Positions 1 through 8,363 of a DNA stretch of 32,000 nt are shown one piece after another. Made by a program: the position numbers and the translations under genes. The notes beneath the pieces are model-generated. The model saw only the letters and a program-made list of their open reading frames with translations. It made no database searches and was not told the origin of the DNA. This DNA is from an uncultured bacterium (GTDB lineage Bacteria > Patescibacteriota > Gracilibacteria > UBA1369 > PNNO01), in the NCBI GenBank assembly GCA_963704705.1, contig OY969931.1, positions 870,001 through 902,000 on the forward strand, in the 5' to 3' direction. Numbering within the stretch: position 1 is the stretch's first letter; every line of letters starts with the position of its first letter.

Positions 1-344
1 TTTTGGATGCTCAAAATGTAGCAATTGCAGAGCTTAAACACGGAACAACAGTTAAAAAAGTGGTTGAAGCTGCAATGAAGCCGATTAAGGAAAATGGTTA
101 TGAAAAGAATTTTCAGCATGCTTTGGGCCACGGAGTCGGCTTGGATATCCATGAACTTCCGAGTCTTGGAGTTGAAGAACCATACAAGCTTAAAGCCAAT
201 ATGATTACTACAATAGAACCGGGTATTTATCTACCTAAAAACTTTGGCGTTCGTATAGAAGATATGCTAATAATATCACGTACCGGAGCCCAGAATATTA
301 CAAAGGCTCCAAAAGAACTAAAAGATGTAATAATCAAAATATAA
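1..344 (+). CDS. M24-family Xaa-Pro aminopeptidase/dipeptidase, C-terminal fragment (5' end outside window)
   Basis: The ORF is open to the left window edge. It carries C-terminal pita-bread motifs HGVGLDIHELP, EPGIYLP and GVRIEDMLII, typical of M24B prolidases. Confidence 0.8.
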   Translation, partial: LDAQNVAIAELKHGTTVKKVVEAAMKPIKENGYEKNFQHALGHGVGLDIHELPSLGVEEPYKLKANMITTIEPGIYLPKNFGVRIEDMLIISRTGAQNITKAPKELKDVIIKI

Positions 345-345
345 T

Positions 346-1656
346 ATGGCTAAAATCGCAGTAATTCTATTCCCTGGAACGAATTGTGAACTTGAGGCAT
401 TAAGGGCAATTGCAAGAAGCGGAATGGAGCCACAATTAATAAGATGGAATGAAGAAGCGGATTATTCGGGCTTTGACGGATTTTTTATTCCGGGCGGATT
501 TAGCTATGAAGACAGGGGCAGGTCAGGAATTATCGCATCAAAAAACCCTTTAATTAATAATATTAAAGAAGAGGCTGCAAAAGGAAAACCTGTTTTAGGA
601 GTTTGTAATGGAGCTCAGGTTGTTGTTGAGGCTGGTATGATTCCGGGGCTTGATCCAAAGCATGTAGAAATGGCTCTTGCATGGAACAAACGTGTTGATA
701 AAGACGGAAATATTTTAGGTACAGGATTTTATAATGACTGGATTTATATTAAGAACGCGGTTCCAAAAGGCCGCAGCGCATTTAACTATTATGATCAGGA
801 TCATTTACTTAGAATTCCTGTTGCGCATGGTGAAGGAAGATTCACATCAATTGATCCTGAAATGGAAGAGCTCTTATTAAAAAATCAGCAGACAGTATTT
901 AGATATTGTGACGAGAATGGCGAAATTCGTGAGGAATTCCCTGTGAATCCAAATGGTGCGATGTTAAATTTGGCTGGTGTTTGTAATCCTGAAGGAAATG
1001 TAATGAGTTTAATGCCGCATCCTGAAAGAACTGAAGTGGGCGACCCTATTTTTGAATCAATGAATGCTTATATTGGTAAGAGTTTTGAAATTGTTAAACC
1101 TGAAGGCATTGTTATGGAAAAACCTGCATACGAAACCGAAGGTGCCAAGGCTTACGATAAGCCGGATATTGAAGTTTTTGTAGATACTGTGATTACTGAT
1201 AATGAAGAAAGAACTCTTGAAGCTGCAATTCACAACTTGGGATTTGCGGATGCAAAACTTAAAAAACTTTTATATTACGGAATTAGAACTAATGGCAATG
1301 TTGATAAAGTTGAAACAGCAAACGAGCTTTTAAAGAGCGGTGAAATTGTTAATATGGCAAAAGAAATTCCTTTAATTAAAATAGAAGGTAAGTTTTATAG
1401 TTTTGATCCGGAACAAGGTTTAAGTGAAACAGACGGGAAATCAATTAATGCTGAAAGCTATTTAACTTTTAATAAAGAAGATACTGTTGGAGAAAGTAAA
1501 TTACAGACAATCAAACATCATTTTGAAATTAAAGGTGTTGATAGAATTCATGCAGGGAAAAAATGGTCGCTTTCGAGTGGCGCGCAGGAAGCTGAAAAGA
1601 TTGTTTCTACTTTAATCTTCCACAATCCACATTCAATGGATATTTATAAAGCTTAA
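346..1656 (+). CDS. purQ: Phosphoribosylformylglycinamidine synthase glutaminase subunit PurQ with a ~190-aa C-terminal extension resembling two PurS modules
   Basis: The N-terminal ~245 aa carry PurQ blocks: LFPGTNCE, FDGFFIPGGFSYEDR, GKPVLGVCNGAQ (nucleophile Cys), IPVAHGEGRF and MSLMPHPER. At 436 aa it is about twice normal PurQ length. The start lies 1 nt after the upstream stop (TAATATG). Confidence 0.85.
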   Translation: MAKIAVILFPGTNCELEALRAIARSGMEPQLIRWNEEADYSGFDGFFIPGGFSYEDRGRSGIIASKNPLINNIKEEAAKGKPVLGVCNGAQVVVEAGMIPGLDPKHVEMALAWNKRVDKDGNILGTGFYNDWIYIKNAVPKGRSAFNYYDQDHLLRIPVAHGEGRFTSIDPEMEELLLKNQQTVFRYCDENGEIREEFPVNPNGAMLNLAGVCNPEGNVMSLMPHPERTEVGDPIFESMNAYIGKSFEIVKPEGIVMEKPAYETEGAKAYDKPDIEVFVDTVITDNEERTLEAAIHNLGFADAKLKKLLYYGIRTNGNVDKVETANELLKSGEIVNMAKEIPLIKIEGKFYSFDPEQGLSETDGKSINAESYLTFNKEDTVGESKLQTIKHHFEIKGVDRIHAGKKWSLSSGAQEAEKIVSTLIFHNPHSMDIYKA

Positions 1657-1660
1657 AAAT

Positions 1661-3442
1661 ATGTGCGGAATATTCGCCTACAAAGGCCCTAGACAAAACG
1701 CAGCAGAACTTGTTATTAATGGCTTAAAAAAGCTCGAATACAGAGGTTATGATTCTTGGGGCGTGGCTTCAAAATGCAACGGAGAAATATCGATATATAA
1801 AGAAGTCGGCAAAATAAGCGACTTTGATTTTAATAATCCGCCTGAAGGCATCGATCTAAAACGTGCGTGCAATCTTGCAATGGGCCATTCACGCTGGGCC
1901 ACTCACGGGGGTGTAACAGTTGCAAATGCTCATCCTCATTTTTCTGCTGATAAGTCGATTGCTATTGTTCACAACGGAATTATTGAAAATTACATTGAGC
2001 TTCGTGATGAATTGAAAGCAAAAGGATACGAATTCAGGAGCGAAACCGACACCGAAGTTATTGCACAATTAATTCAGGAATATAAAAAAGACGGACTTGT
2101 TGAGGCAGTTAAAAAAGCGATTGAAAGGCTGCATGGCCGTTATGCTATTTTGGTTATGAGCAATGATGATGACAGGCTTGTTGCGGCACGAAGAGGTTCA
2201 CCGTTGATTGTTGGAAAAGGAGAAAATGAATTTTTTATTGCTTCAGATATCCCGGCGTTTTTAGATTATACGCGCAATGTGATGTATTTGGATGATGACC
2301 AGATGGTTGTTATTAATAGTGAAGTTGAATTTTTTGATCTAAAAACAGGTGAAAAAATCGATAAACGCGTGGTAGAGATTGATTGGGACGCTGAAAGCGC
2401 TGAAAAGGGAGACTTCCCGCACTTTATGATTAAAGAAATAAGCGAACAAAAAGATACAATTGCGCGCGCTATCAATCAGGATGATGAAATGATAATGAAA
2501 ATTGCAGAAGAAATTAAGGGTGCTTACGGAACTTATATAATAGGATGCGGAACAGCTGGCAAAGTTGCTTTGGCAGGTTCTTATTTGTTTAGTAAAATCG
2601 CTGGAAGGCATGTTAATACAACTTTTGGAAGTGAATTCCCGAGTTTACAGGATTTTATTACTGAAAGAAGTTTGATAATCGCGATTTCGCAGTCAGGCGA
2701 AACCGCTGATACAATGGAAGCGCTGGAAATCGCAAAGAAAAAAGGCGCTAAAGTTCTTTCAATTATAAATGTTGAGGGTTCTTCGATGGATAGAATCTCG
2801 GATTACTCTATTCATATAAAAGCAGGACCTGAAAAAGCAGTTGCTTCAACAAAAGCAACAACAGCTCAAATGGCTATTTTAACTTTACTTGCATATGCCT
2901 GCGCAGGAAAACTTGATGAAGGCAAAATTTTACTTGTTGATACAGCAAGCAAAATCAATGACATGTTAAATCCGCGCTATGAAGAACATATTCATAAACT
3001 GGCTGAGCAAATTAAAGACCACGAAAGTATGTATGTTATCGGAAAAGGAATGAATTATCCAATGGCACTTGAAGCTGCAATTAAATTACAGGAGGTTAGT
3101 TATATTCATGCGGAAGGTTTTGCCGGAGGCGAACTTAAGCACGGTCCAATCGCGCTTATTCACGACGGTGTGCCTTGTATTGCACTTGTTTCAAATGACG
3201 AAACAAAGCATGAAATAATCAGCAATGCAATTGAGGTTGGTAGTCGCGGCGGTTTCATAATCGGGGTTTCGCCAGAAAATCACGAAGTATTTGATTACTG
3301 GATCAAAGTTCCGGATGGCGGCAATGCGAGTCCAATTATAAATATAATCCCTGTTCAGATTCTTGCATATCAGCTTGCTGTTTTACGTGAAAACAACCCG
3401 GATATGCCGAGGAATTTGGCTAAATCAGTAACTGTTAAATAA
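1661..3442 (+). CDS. glmS: Glutamine--fructose-6-phosphate aminotransferase (isomerizing)
   Basis: It starts MCGIF (Ntn Cys2) and has HSRWATHG, two SIS modules (ISQSGETADT; KLQEVSYIHAEGFAGGELKHGPIAL) and the C-terminal LAKSVTVK. Length is 593 aa. Confidence 0.95.
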   Translation: MCGIFAYKGPRQNAAELVINGLKKLEYRGYDSWGVASKCNGEISIYKEVGKISDFDFNNPPEGIDLKRACNLAMGHSRWATHGGVTVANAHPHFSADKSIAIVHNGIIENYIELRDELKAKGYEFRSETDTEVIAQLIQEYKKDGLVEAVKKAIERLHGRYAILVMSNDDDRLVAARRGSPLIVGKGENEFFIASDIPAFLDYTRNVMYLDDDQMVVINSEVEFFDLKTGEKIDKRVVEIDWDAESAEKGDFPHFMIKEISEQKDTIARAINQDDEMIMKIAEEIKGAYGTYIIGCGTAGKVALAGSYLFSKIAGRHVNTTFGSEFPSLQDFITERSLIIAISQSGETADTMEALEIAKKKGAKVLSIINVEGSSMDRISDYSIHIKAGPEKAVASTKATTAQMAILTLLAYACAGKLDEGKILLVDTASKINDMLNPRYEEHIHKLAEQIKDHESMYVIGKGMNYPMALEAAIKLQEVSYIHAEGFAGGELKHGPIALIHDGVPCIALVSNDETKHEIISNAIEVGSRGGFIIGVSPENHEVFDYWIKVPDGGNASPIINIIPVQILAYQLAVLRENNPDMPRNLAKSVTVK

Positions 3443-3443
3443 T

Positions 3444-3698
3444 ATGTCTGAAATAAAACGAAAATGGGATTTGCTTTCAAAAGAAAAAAGAAAATCTGTT
3501 ATTGATGAAATCATTAGATTCTTCGAAAACGAACGCGATGAAGAGATAGGAATGCTTGCTGCTGAAGAAGTATTGGACTGCGTTTTAGAAAACGCTGCTT
3601 TGGAAATATATAGAAGCGGTGTTGAAGATTCAAAAAAACTTCTTCAAAAAAAGTTTGAAGATTTATCAATTGATTTGGATGTTTTGATGAATAATTAA
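3444..3698 (+). CDS. Small DUF2164-like protein
   Basis: 84 aa. The pattern LSKEKRKSVIDEIIRFFENERDEEIGMLAAEEVLDCVLE...IYRSGVEDSKKLL matches my recollection of the DUF2164 family. It is coupled to glmS by a TAATATG junction. Confidence 0.5.
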   Translation: MSEIKRKWDLLSKEKRKSVIDEIIRFFENERDEEIGMLAAEEVLDCVLENAALEIYRSGVEDSKKLLQKKFEDLSIDLDVLMNN

Positions 3699-3905
3699 TT
3701 ACTCTTCGATATTCAACTTTGCTCGTGCCCAGACCGCTTCAACCATCCTTCTAATTAAATCACGTATTTCACCGTGAGCTGCTTTTTCTAATTCAAATTG
3801 GTCATCAGATACAGGCTCGTCACCGGGCCAAATTAGTTCTAAATCGCTTGTTCCATCTTCTTTATCAATAATTTGAAACCGAATTGTTTCTGATTCTTCT
3901 GACAT
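3699..3905 (-). CDS. Hypothetical small acidic protein (68 aa)
   Basis: The ORF has ordinary-looking codon usage. A near-consensus promoter TTGATA-16-TATAAT lies just upstream on the minus strand. I recognise no family. Confidence 0.5.
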   Translation of the reverse strand: MSEESETIRFQIIDKEDGTSDLELIWPGDEPVSDDQFELEKAAHGEIRDLIRRMVEAVWARAKLNIEE

Positions 3906-3921
3906 TTTGAGAATTGTTAAA

Positions 3922-3949
3922 ATTATAACAATTAATATGATTTTATCAA
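3922..3949 (-). promoter_or_regulatory. Sigma70-type promoter for the 68-aa ORF
   Basis: On the minus strand, TTGATA (3949..3944) is followed by a 16-nt spacer and TATAAT (3927..3922). The -10 ends 16 nt before the ATG at 3905, implying a very short leader. Confidence 0.45.
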
Positions 3950-3976
3950 CCTAAACTATCCAATCCACTATTTTTC

Positions 3977-3985
3977 TGGTATAAT
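3977..3985 (+). promoter_or_regulatory. Extended -10 promoter element (TGgTATAAT) upstream of the 69-aa ORF and pyk
   Basis: TGGTATAAT lies at 3977..3985, 24 nt before the ATG at 4009. The -35 region is weak (TATCCA). Confidence 0.4.
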
Positions 3986-4008
3986 AAATAGAAATAAATT
4001 CCAGATTA

Positions 4009-4218
4009 ATGACTGCTTTAACAACAGATCAACATATAGATAAGCTTCAGAACACATTTGAGATGACTTGTGACCAAATTCAGATGCAAACTGAACGTAT
4101 GCTTGATTTGGTACCAAAGCACGATATTGAAAGAAGACAAAAGATTTTGGATCTGCACAGGTTAAAGCTTCAAAAAGCTTTAGATGACCTAAATAATCAA
4201 TTATCTAAATTTTATTAA
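4009..4218 (+). CDS. Hypothetical small helical protein (69 aa), translationally coupled to pyk
   Basis: Its stop overlaps the pyk start as TAATG (4216..4220). It has heptad-like helical sequence (LDLHRLKLQKALDDLNNQL). I recognise no family. Confidence 0.5.
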   Translation: MTALTTDQHIDKLQNTFEMTCDQIQMQTERMLDLVPKHDIERRQKILDLHRLKLQKALDDLNNQLSKFY

Positions 4219-5591
4219 TGAGAGTTCAAAACACAAAATTCGTTTGTACGCTTGGACCTGCTTCAGAATCACCTGACGTTTTAGAAAAAATGATAAAAGC
4301 GGGAATGGATTGCGCAAGGTTAAACTTTTCACATGGAACTTATAGTAATCATGCGTTACTAATTAAACGAATTCGGGCTGCTGCAAAAAAAATCGGCGTA
4401 CCGTTGGCAATAATGCAGGATCTTCAGGGACCAAAAATACGAATAGGAGACATTAACGATACTGAAGTTAAAAAAGGTCAAACAATTATCCTAACTTGCG
4501 GACCAAAATCCAAAAACAAAATACCTGTGCAATACAAAGATTTATATAAAGACGTTAAAAAAGGACATCTTTTACTTGTTGACGATGGAAAAATAGAGTT
4601 AAAAGTTAATCGAAAATCAAATAAAGACATTATTTGTACTGTTTTAAATAACGGAATTATTAAAGCACATAAAGGAATTAATGTTCCGAACGGAACAATA
4701 TCAACATCCCCTATCACTCCAAAAGATAAAAAAGATTTAAAATTCGGATTAACTCAGGATATTGATTATGTTGCGCTTTCTTTTGTTAAAGAAGCAAAAG
4801 ATATGCATGATTTGCGTAAATTAATCGGCAAAAAACCAGTTAAAATCATTGCGAAAATCGAGAGGCGCGAAGCAGTTGAAAATCTTGAAGAAATAATTGA
4901 GGCCAGTGATGCACTTATGGTTGCTCGCGGAGATTTGGCTATGGAAATCGGTCCTGAAAAGGTTCCGGTGGTTCAAAAAAGAATGATTCATTTATGTAAT
5001 TTAGCTGGAAAACCTGTTATTACCGCTACTCAGATGCTTGCATCAATGGTGGAAAGTCCAACTCCGACACGTGCAGAGGTTAGTGACATTGCGAATGCTA
5101 TTTTTGATAATTCAGATGCAATAATGCTATCGAATGAAACTGCTGTGGGAACTTATCCTATTAAATCTGTTGAGATTTTTGCAAAGGTTGCTACAAATGT
5201 TGAACACGAACTTAAAAAGCACAGCGAACTTTTACCACCGCGATATATTGGTCAATCAGTTGAAGAAAACGATGCACTGGGACTTGAAGTTTGCGAACTT
5301 GCAGAATCAATTAATGCGAAAAAAATAATTATAATTACTGATAATGAAGAAGATGTTCAGTCTGTTTCGAAACACAGATGTTATATTCAAACAGTTGTAA
5401 TTACAAAGAATAAAAAACTTAGAAATCATTTAGCGCTTTTATGGGGAATTAACGATATTATTGAAGGTAAAATTACTCAAAATAATTACCTTAAAGATAT
5501 CCACAGGCTAATGCCTAAAGAAAAAGGCAAAAAAGCAGTCATTTTTTTGGCGATAGGTAAAGAAAAACATATTGTAACAAGCGCTATTTAA
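4218..5591 (+). CDS. pyk: Pyruvate kinase
   Basis: Motifs: TKFVCTLGPAS, ARLNFSHG, MQDLQGPKIRIG, MVARGDLAMEIG, ATQMLASM and MLSNETAVG. Length is 457 aa. Confidence 0.95.
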   Translation: MRVQNTKFVCTLGPASESPDVLEKMIKAGMDCARLNFSHGTYSNHALLIKRIRAAAKKIGVPLAIMQDLQGPKIRIGDINDTEVKKGQTIILTCGPKSKNKIPVQYKDLYKDVKKGHLLLVDDGKIELKVNRKSNKDIICTVLNNGIIKAHKGINVPNGTISTSPITPKDKKDLKFGLTQDIDYVALSFVKEAKDMHDLRKLIGKKPVKIIAKIERREAVENLEEIIEASDALMVARGDLAMEIGPEKVPVVQKRMIHLCNLAGKPVITATQMLASMVESPTPTRAEVSDIANAIFDNSDAIMLSNETAVGTYPIKSVEIFAKVATNVEHELKKHSELLPPRYIGQSVEENDALGLEVCELAESINAKKIIIITDNEEDVQSVSKHRCYIQTVVITKNKKLRNHLALLWGINDIIEGKITQNNYLKDIHRLMPKEKGKKAVIFLAIGKEKHIVTSAI

Positions 5592-5624
5592 AAGTATTAT
5601 AGATAAGTCGATAATAAAAGCTTT

Positions 5625-6119
5625 ATGCGCATTTTAGGTATTGATCCAGGCACAGCTATAATTGGTTATGGAGTAATAAATGAAACAAATGAAAATTTTA
5701 ATGTAATTTCATACGGTTGTATCACCACTTCAAAGGATCAGCCTTTGGAAATGCGTCTTAAAGAAATAGCTTTTGATCTGCAGATAATTGTTAATAAATT
5801 TAAACCTGATTTTGCAGCAGTTGAAGAACTTTTCTTTTCAAAAAATGTTAAAACAGCAATTTCAGTTGCTCAGGCGCGAGGTGTAATTTTACAAAAACTT
5901 ACTGAACTTGGAGTTCCGCTCGCCTCTTATAATCCGATGCAGATAAAACAAGCGCTCTGCAGTGATGGCAAAGCAAAAAAAGATCAAATTCAGCGCATGG
6001 TTCAGATGCTTTTACAAATCGATCATATTCCAACTCCTGATGATGCTGCAGATGCTCTTGCAATCGCACTCACTCACGGACACTGCTTAAAAAATCAATC
6101 TTTATATCAAACAGCTTAA
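5625..6119 (+). CDS. ruvC: Crossover junction endodeoxyribonuclease RuvC
   Basis: Motifs: MRILGIDPGTAIIGYGVI, AAVEELFF and PDDAADALAIALTHG. Length is 164 aa. Confidence 0.9.
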   Translation: MRILGIDPGTAIIGYGVINETNENFNVISYGCITTSKDQPLEMRLKEIAFDLQIIVNKFKPDFAAVEELFFSKNVKTAISVAQARGVILQKLTELGVPLASYNPMQIKQALCSDGKAKKDQIQRMVQMLLQIDHIPTPDDAADALAIALTHGHCLKNQSLYQTA

Positions 6120-6126
6120 AATAATT

Positions 6127-7554
6127 ATGAGAAAATTCCTGACAATTTTAAATATTGTACTGCTTGGCACACTAATAGTTTTAACACTTTATGTTTTTGG
6201 AATTATTGACTTTCCATTTTTAAAAGGTAGTGAACCTGTAGTTGAAGAACCGATTCAAACACAGCAATTGACTGAGCCTGAAAAAATTGCCAGAAAAAAA
6301 TCTTATGAAGAACTTATTAATAAAGGTGATTTCTATTATCAAAGCGGACTTTATTCTATGGCAATTGATGCTTATACAAACGCCAGCGAACAGGAACCTT
6401 CTAAAATAGAACCTTTATTACGCATCGGAGAAATTCAGCTTCTTGAAAAAGAATATGAAAAAGCTAAAAATCTTGCATTAGAAGTAATAAAAATCAGCCC
6501 TACCAATGTTAATGGAAAATTAATTTTAGGTCGTGCAAATTTAGGACTTGAAGATTTCAGTGAGGCAAAAACTATATTTGATAATATAAATGTTGATGAT
6601 TCTTCGGTTTTATACTATCAGGGAATGATGGCACTTTATTTTGGTGATTATGAAAAAGCTCGCTCTTTGTTAAATAAATCAGTTGAAAATTCCACAATTG
6701 ATGAAATTAAAAATAACGCAAATAAATTATTAAGTGCAATGGATGAATTCGACAGATATCAGGCAGGTTTACATGAACATTTAAAAGTACTTGTAGCTCG
6801 GGCTATGGTACAGATTAATCAGCCTCAAATGGCAAAAGATTTAATTTGGAATGTACTTGAAACCAGGCGCGATTATCGTGATGCGTGGATAGTTTTAGGT
6901 TACAGTTATTTACAATTGGAAAAGTATCAGGATGCTGTTGATGCATTGGAAGAAGCTGCCCGTCAGGATCCGGAAAAACCGGAAACATTCTTTTATTTGG
7001 GACTTGCATATGCAGGAGTAGATGACCTCGACAAAGCGATTGAGAGCTTACAATTGGCTGCAAAATATGGATATGAACCTAAAATTCATGTCGAACAAAA
7101 ACTTGCTGAATTTTATTTCCAGGCTGAAGATTATCAAAATGCCAGTTCACTTTATGAAGATGTAATTAGTAAAAATCCAACAGATATTGAATACTTTGTA
7201 AGACCTGTTTGGGTTTATATAGATAAATTAAATGAACCTGACAAAGCTGTATCATTGGCTGAAAAAGCACTTGTATATCATCCTGATGATGCAATGAGTT
7301 ATAATTTGCTGGGTTGGGCCCAAGTTGCAAATAATGATTTCATTAATGCAAATAAAAATTTACAAAAATCATTAACAATTAATCCCGAGTTTGATGCACC
7401 ATATCTTAATTTAGGTTGGATGTATTACAAACAACAGCAATTTGGCAGAGCAAAAGATCTTTATAAAAAAGCTTATGAACTTGGCAACGGTTCAGCAGTA
7501 AGTAATCTTGCAGCAGAAAGATATAACGAACTACTCGTTAACATTCTTAATTAA
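6127..7554 (+). CDS. Membrane-anchored tetratricopeptide (TPR) repeat protein
   Basis: An N-terminal TM helix (FLTILNIVLLGTLIVLTLYVFGII) is followed by about 10 degenerate 34-aa TPR-like units, e.g. AWIVLGYSYLQLEKYQDAVDALEEAARQDPEKPE and TFFYLGLAYAGVDDLDKAIESLQLA. Confidence 0.75.
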   Translation: MRKFLTILNIVLLGTLIVLTLYVFGIIDFPFLKGSEPVVEEPIQTQQLTEPEKIARKKSYEELINKGDFYYQSGLYSMAIDAYTNASEQEPSKIEPLLRIGEIQLLEKEYEKAKNLALEVIKISPTNVNGKLILGRANLGLEDFSEAKTIFDNINVDDSSVLYYQGMMALYFGDYEKARSLLNKSVENSTIDEIKNNANKLLSAMDEFDRYQAGLHEHLKVLVARAMVQINQPQMAKDLIWNVLETRRDYRDAWIVLGYSYLQLEKYQDAVDALEEAARQDPEKPETFFYLGLAYAGVDDLDKAIESLQLAAKYGYEPKIHVEQKLAEFYFQAEDYQNASSLYEDVISKNPTDIEYFVRPVWVYIDKLNEPDKAVSLAEKALVYHPDDAMSYNLLGWAQVANNDFINANKNLQKSLTINPEFDAPYLNLGWMYYKQQQFGRAKDLYKKAYELGNGSAVSNLAAERYNELLVNILN

Positions 7555-7555
7555 A

Positions 7556-8362
7556 ATGGTTTTACCGGTTATTTTTTTATTTATTATAGGAACATTCTTT
7601 GGAAGCTTTTTAAGTGTTGTTATTTATAGAATTCACGAAAATAAAAAAGGGATTATTAAAGGACGCTCTGAATGCCCTCATTGCCATAAAAAACTCGCAA
7701 TGCGTGATCTGATTCCTATTTTCAGTTATTTGATTAATCGAGGGAAATGCAGAATATGTAAAAAGAAAATAAGTATTCATTATTTATTAATTGAATTATT
7801 GTGCGGAACTATTTTTGCTGCATTTTATATTTTGTATCCGTTTTTTATTTATGAATTTGGTAATTTAGCATGCAATTTCAATGCAGTCTTATTTTTAAAT
7901 TATATTTTTTATATAATTGTAAGTTTATTTTTGATTTTGATTTTCTTTTATGATCTTAAATATTTAGAAATACCTGAAATATTCTCGTTACCTGCAATCG
8001 CATTTGTATTTGTGATTGGGATTTTTTTAGCACATCCCGGTTTGTACAGCATGGTGATTGGTGGCGCGATTGGCGGACTTTTTTTTGGTTTCCAGTTTTG
8101 GATCAGTAAAGAAAAATGGCTTGGGTTCGGGGATGTTCAGGTTGGCATATTAATGGGGCTGCTGCTGGGATGGCAGATGTTATTATTGGGATTATTCATT
8201 ACCTATATTATTGGTTCTATAATAAGTTTGATTTTAATGTCTTTTAAAAAAGTTGGATTAAAATCTCAAGTACCTTTTGCTCCGTTTATGATTATTGGTA
8301 TTTTTATTACAATATTTTTCGGAGAATATTTATTGAATTTATACTTAAACACAATATATTAA
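7556..8362 (+). CDS. pilD: Prepilin peptidase (A24 family, type IV pilin leader peptidase/N-methyltransferase-like)
   Basis: It has an N-terminal Cys knuckles domain (CPHCHKKL...CRICKKKI), a polytopic membrane body, and catalytic Asp contexts FFYDLKYLEIP and LGFGDVQVG. I prefer the ATG at 7556 (M17 of the tracked ORF), which removes the overlap with the TPR gene. Confidence 0.85.
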   Translation: MVLPVIFLFIIGTFFGSFLSVVIYRIHENKKGIIKGRSECPHCHKKLAMRDLIPIFSYLINRGKCRICKKKISIHYLLIELLCGTIFAAFYILYPFFIYEFGNLACNFNAVLFLNYIFYIIVSLFLILIFFYDLKYLEIPEIFSLPAIAFVFVIGIFLAHPGLYSMVIGGAIGGLFFGFQFWISKEKWLGFGDVQVGILMGLLLGWQMLLLGLFITYIIGSIISLILMSFKKVGLKSQVPFAPFMIIGIFITIFFGEYLLNLYLNTIY

Positions 8363-8363
8363 T

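Noticed and set aside
1657-1660. A possible glmS ribozyme upstream of glmS
   Set aside because: Only 4 nt separate the purQ stop from the glmS start, leaving no room for the ~170-nt ribozyme. The preceding sequence is clearly PurQ-extension coding.
2266-2611. Two antisense ORFs (69 and 90 aa) inside glmS
   Set aside because: They lie wholly within a strongly conserved coding region on the opposite strand. They have low-complexity, Ser/Phe/Ile-rich translations typical of antisense frames in AT-rich DNA, and no start context or promoter.
4478-5328. An antisense ORF (4478..4717) and an alternative-frame ORF (5134..5328) inside pyk
   Set aside because: They are embedded in the pyruvate kinase gene. 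The translations look like frame-shifted noise, and there is no independent support.
7508-7555. A 16-codon upstream extension of the prepilin peptidase ORF overlapping the TPR gene
   Set aside because: The extension (MQQKDITNYSLTFLIK) is hydrophilic and overlaps the TPR coding end by 47 nt. The ATG at 7556 begins directly with the expected hydrophobic N-terminus and sits 1 nt after the TPR stop, like other junctions in this window.
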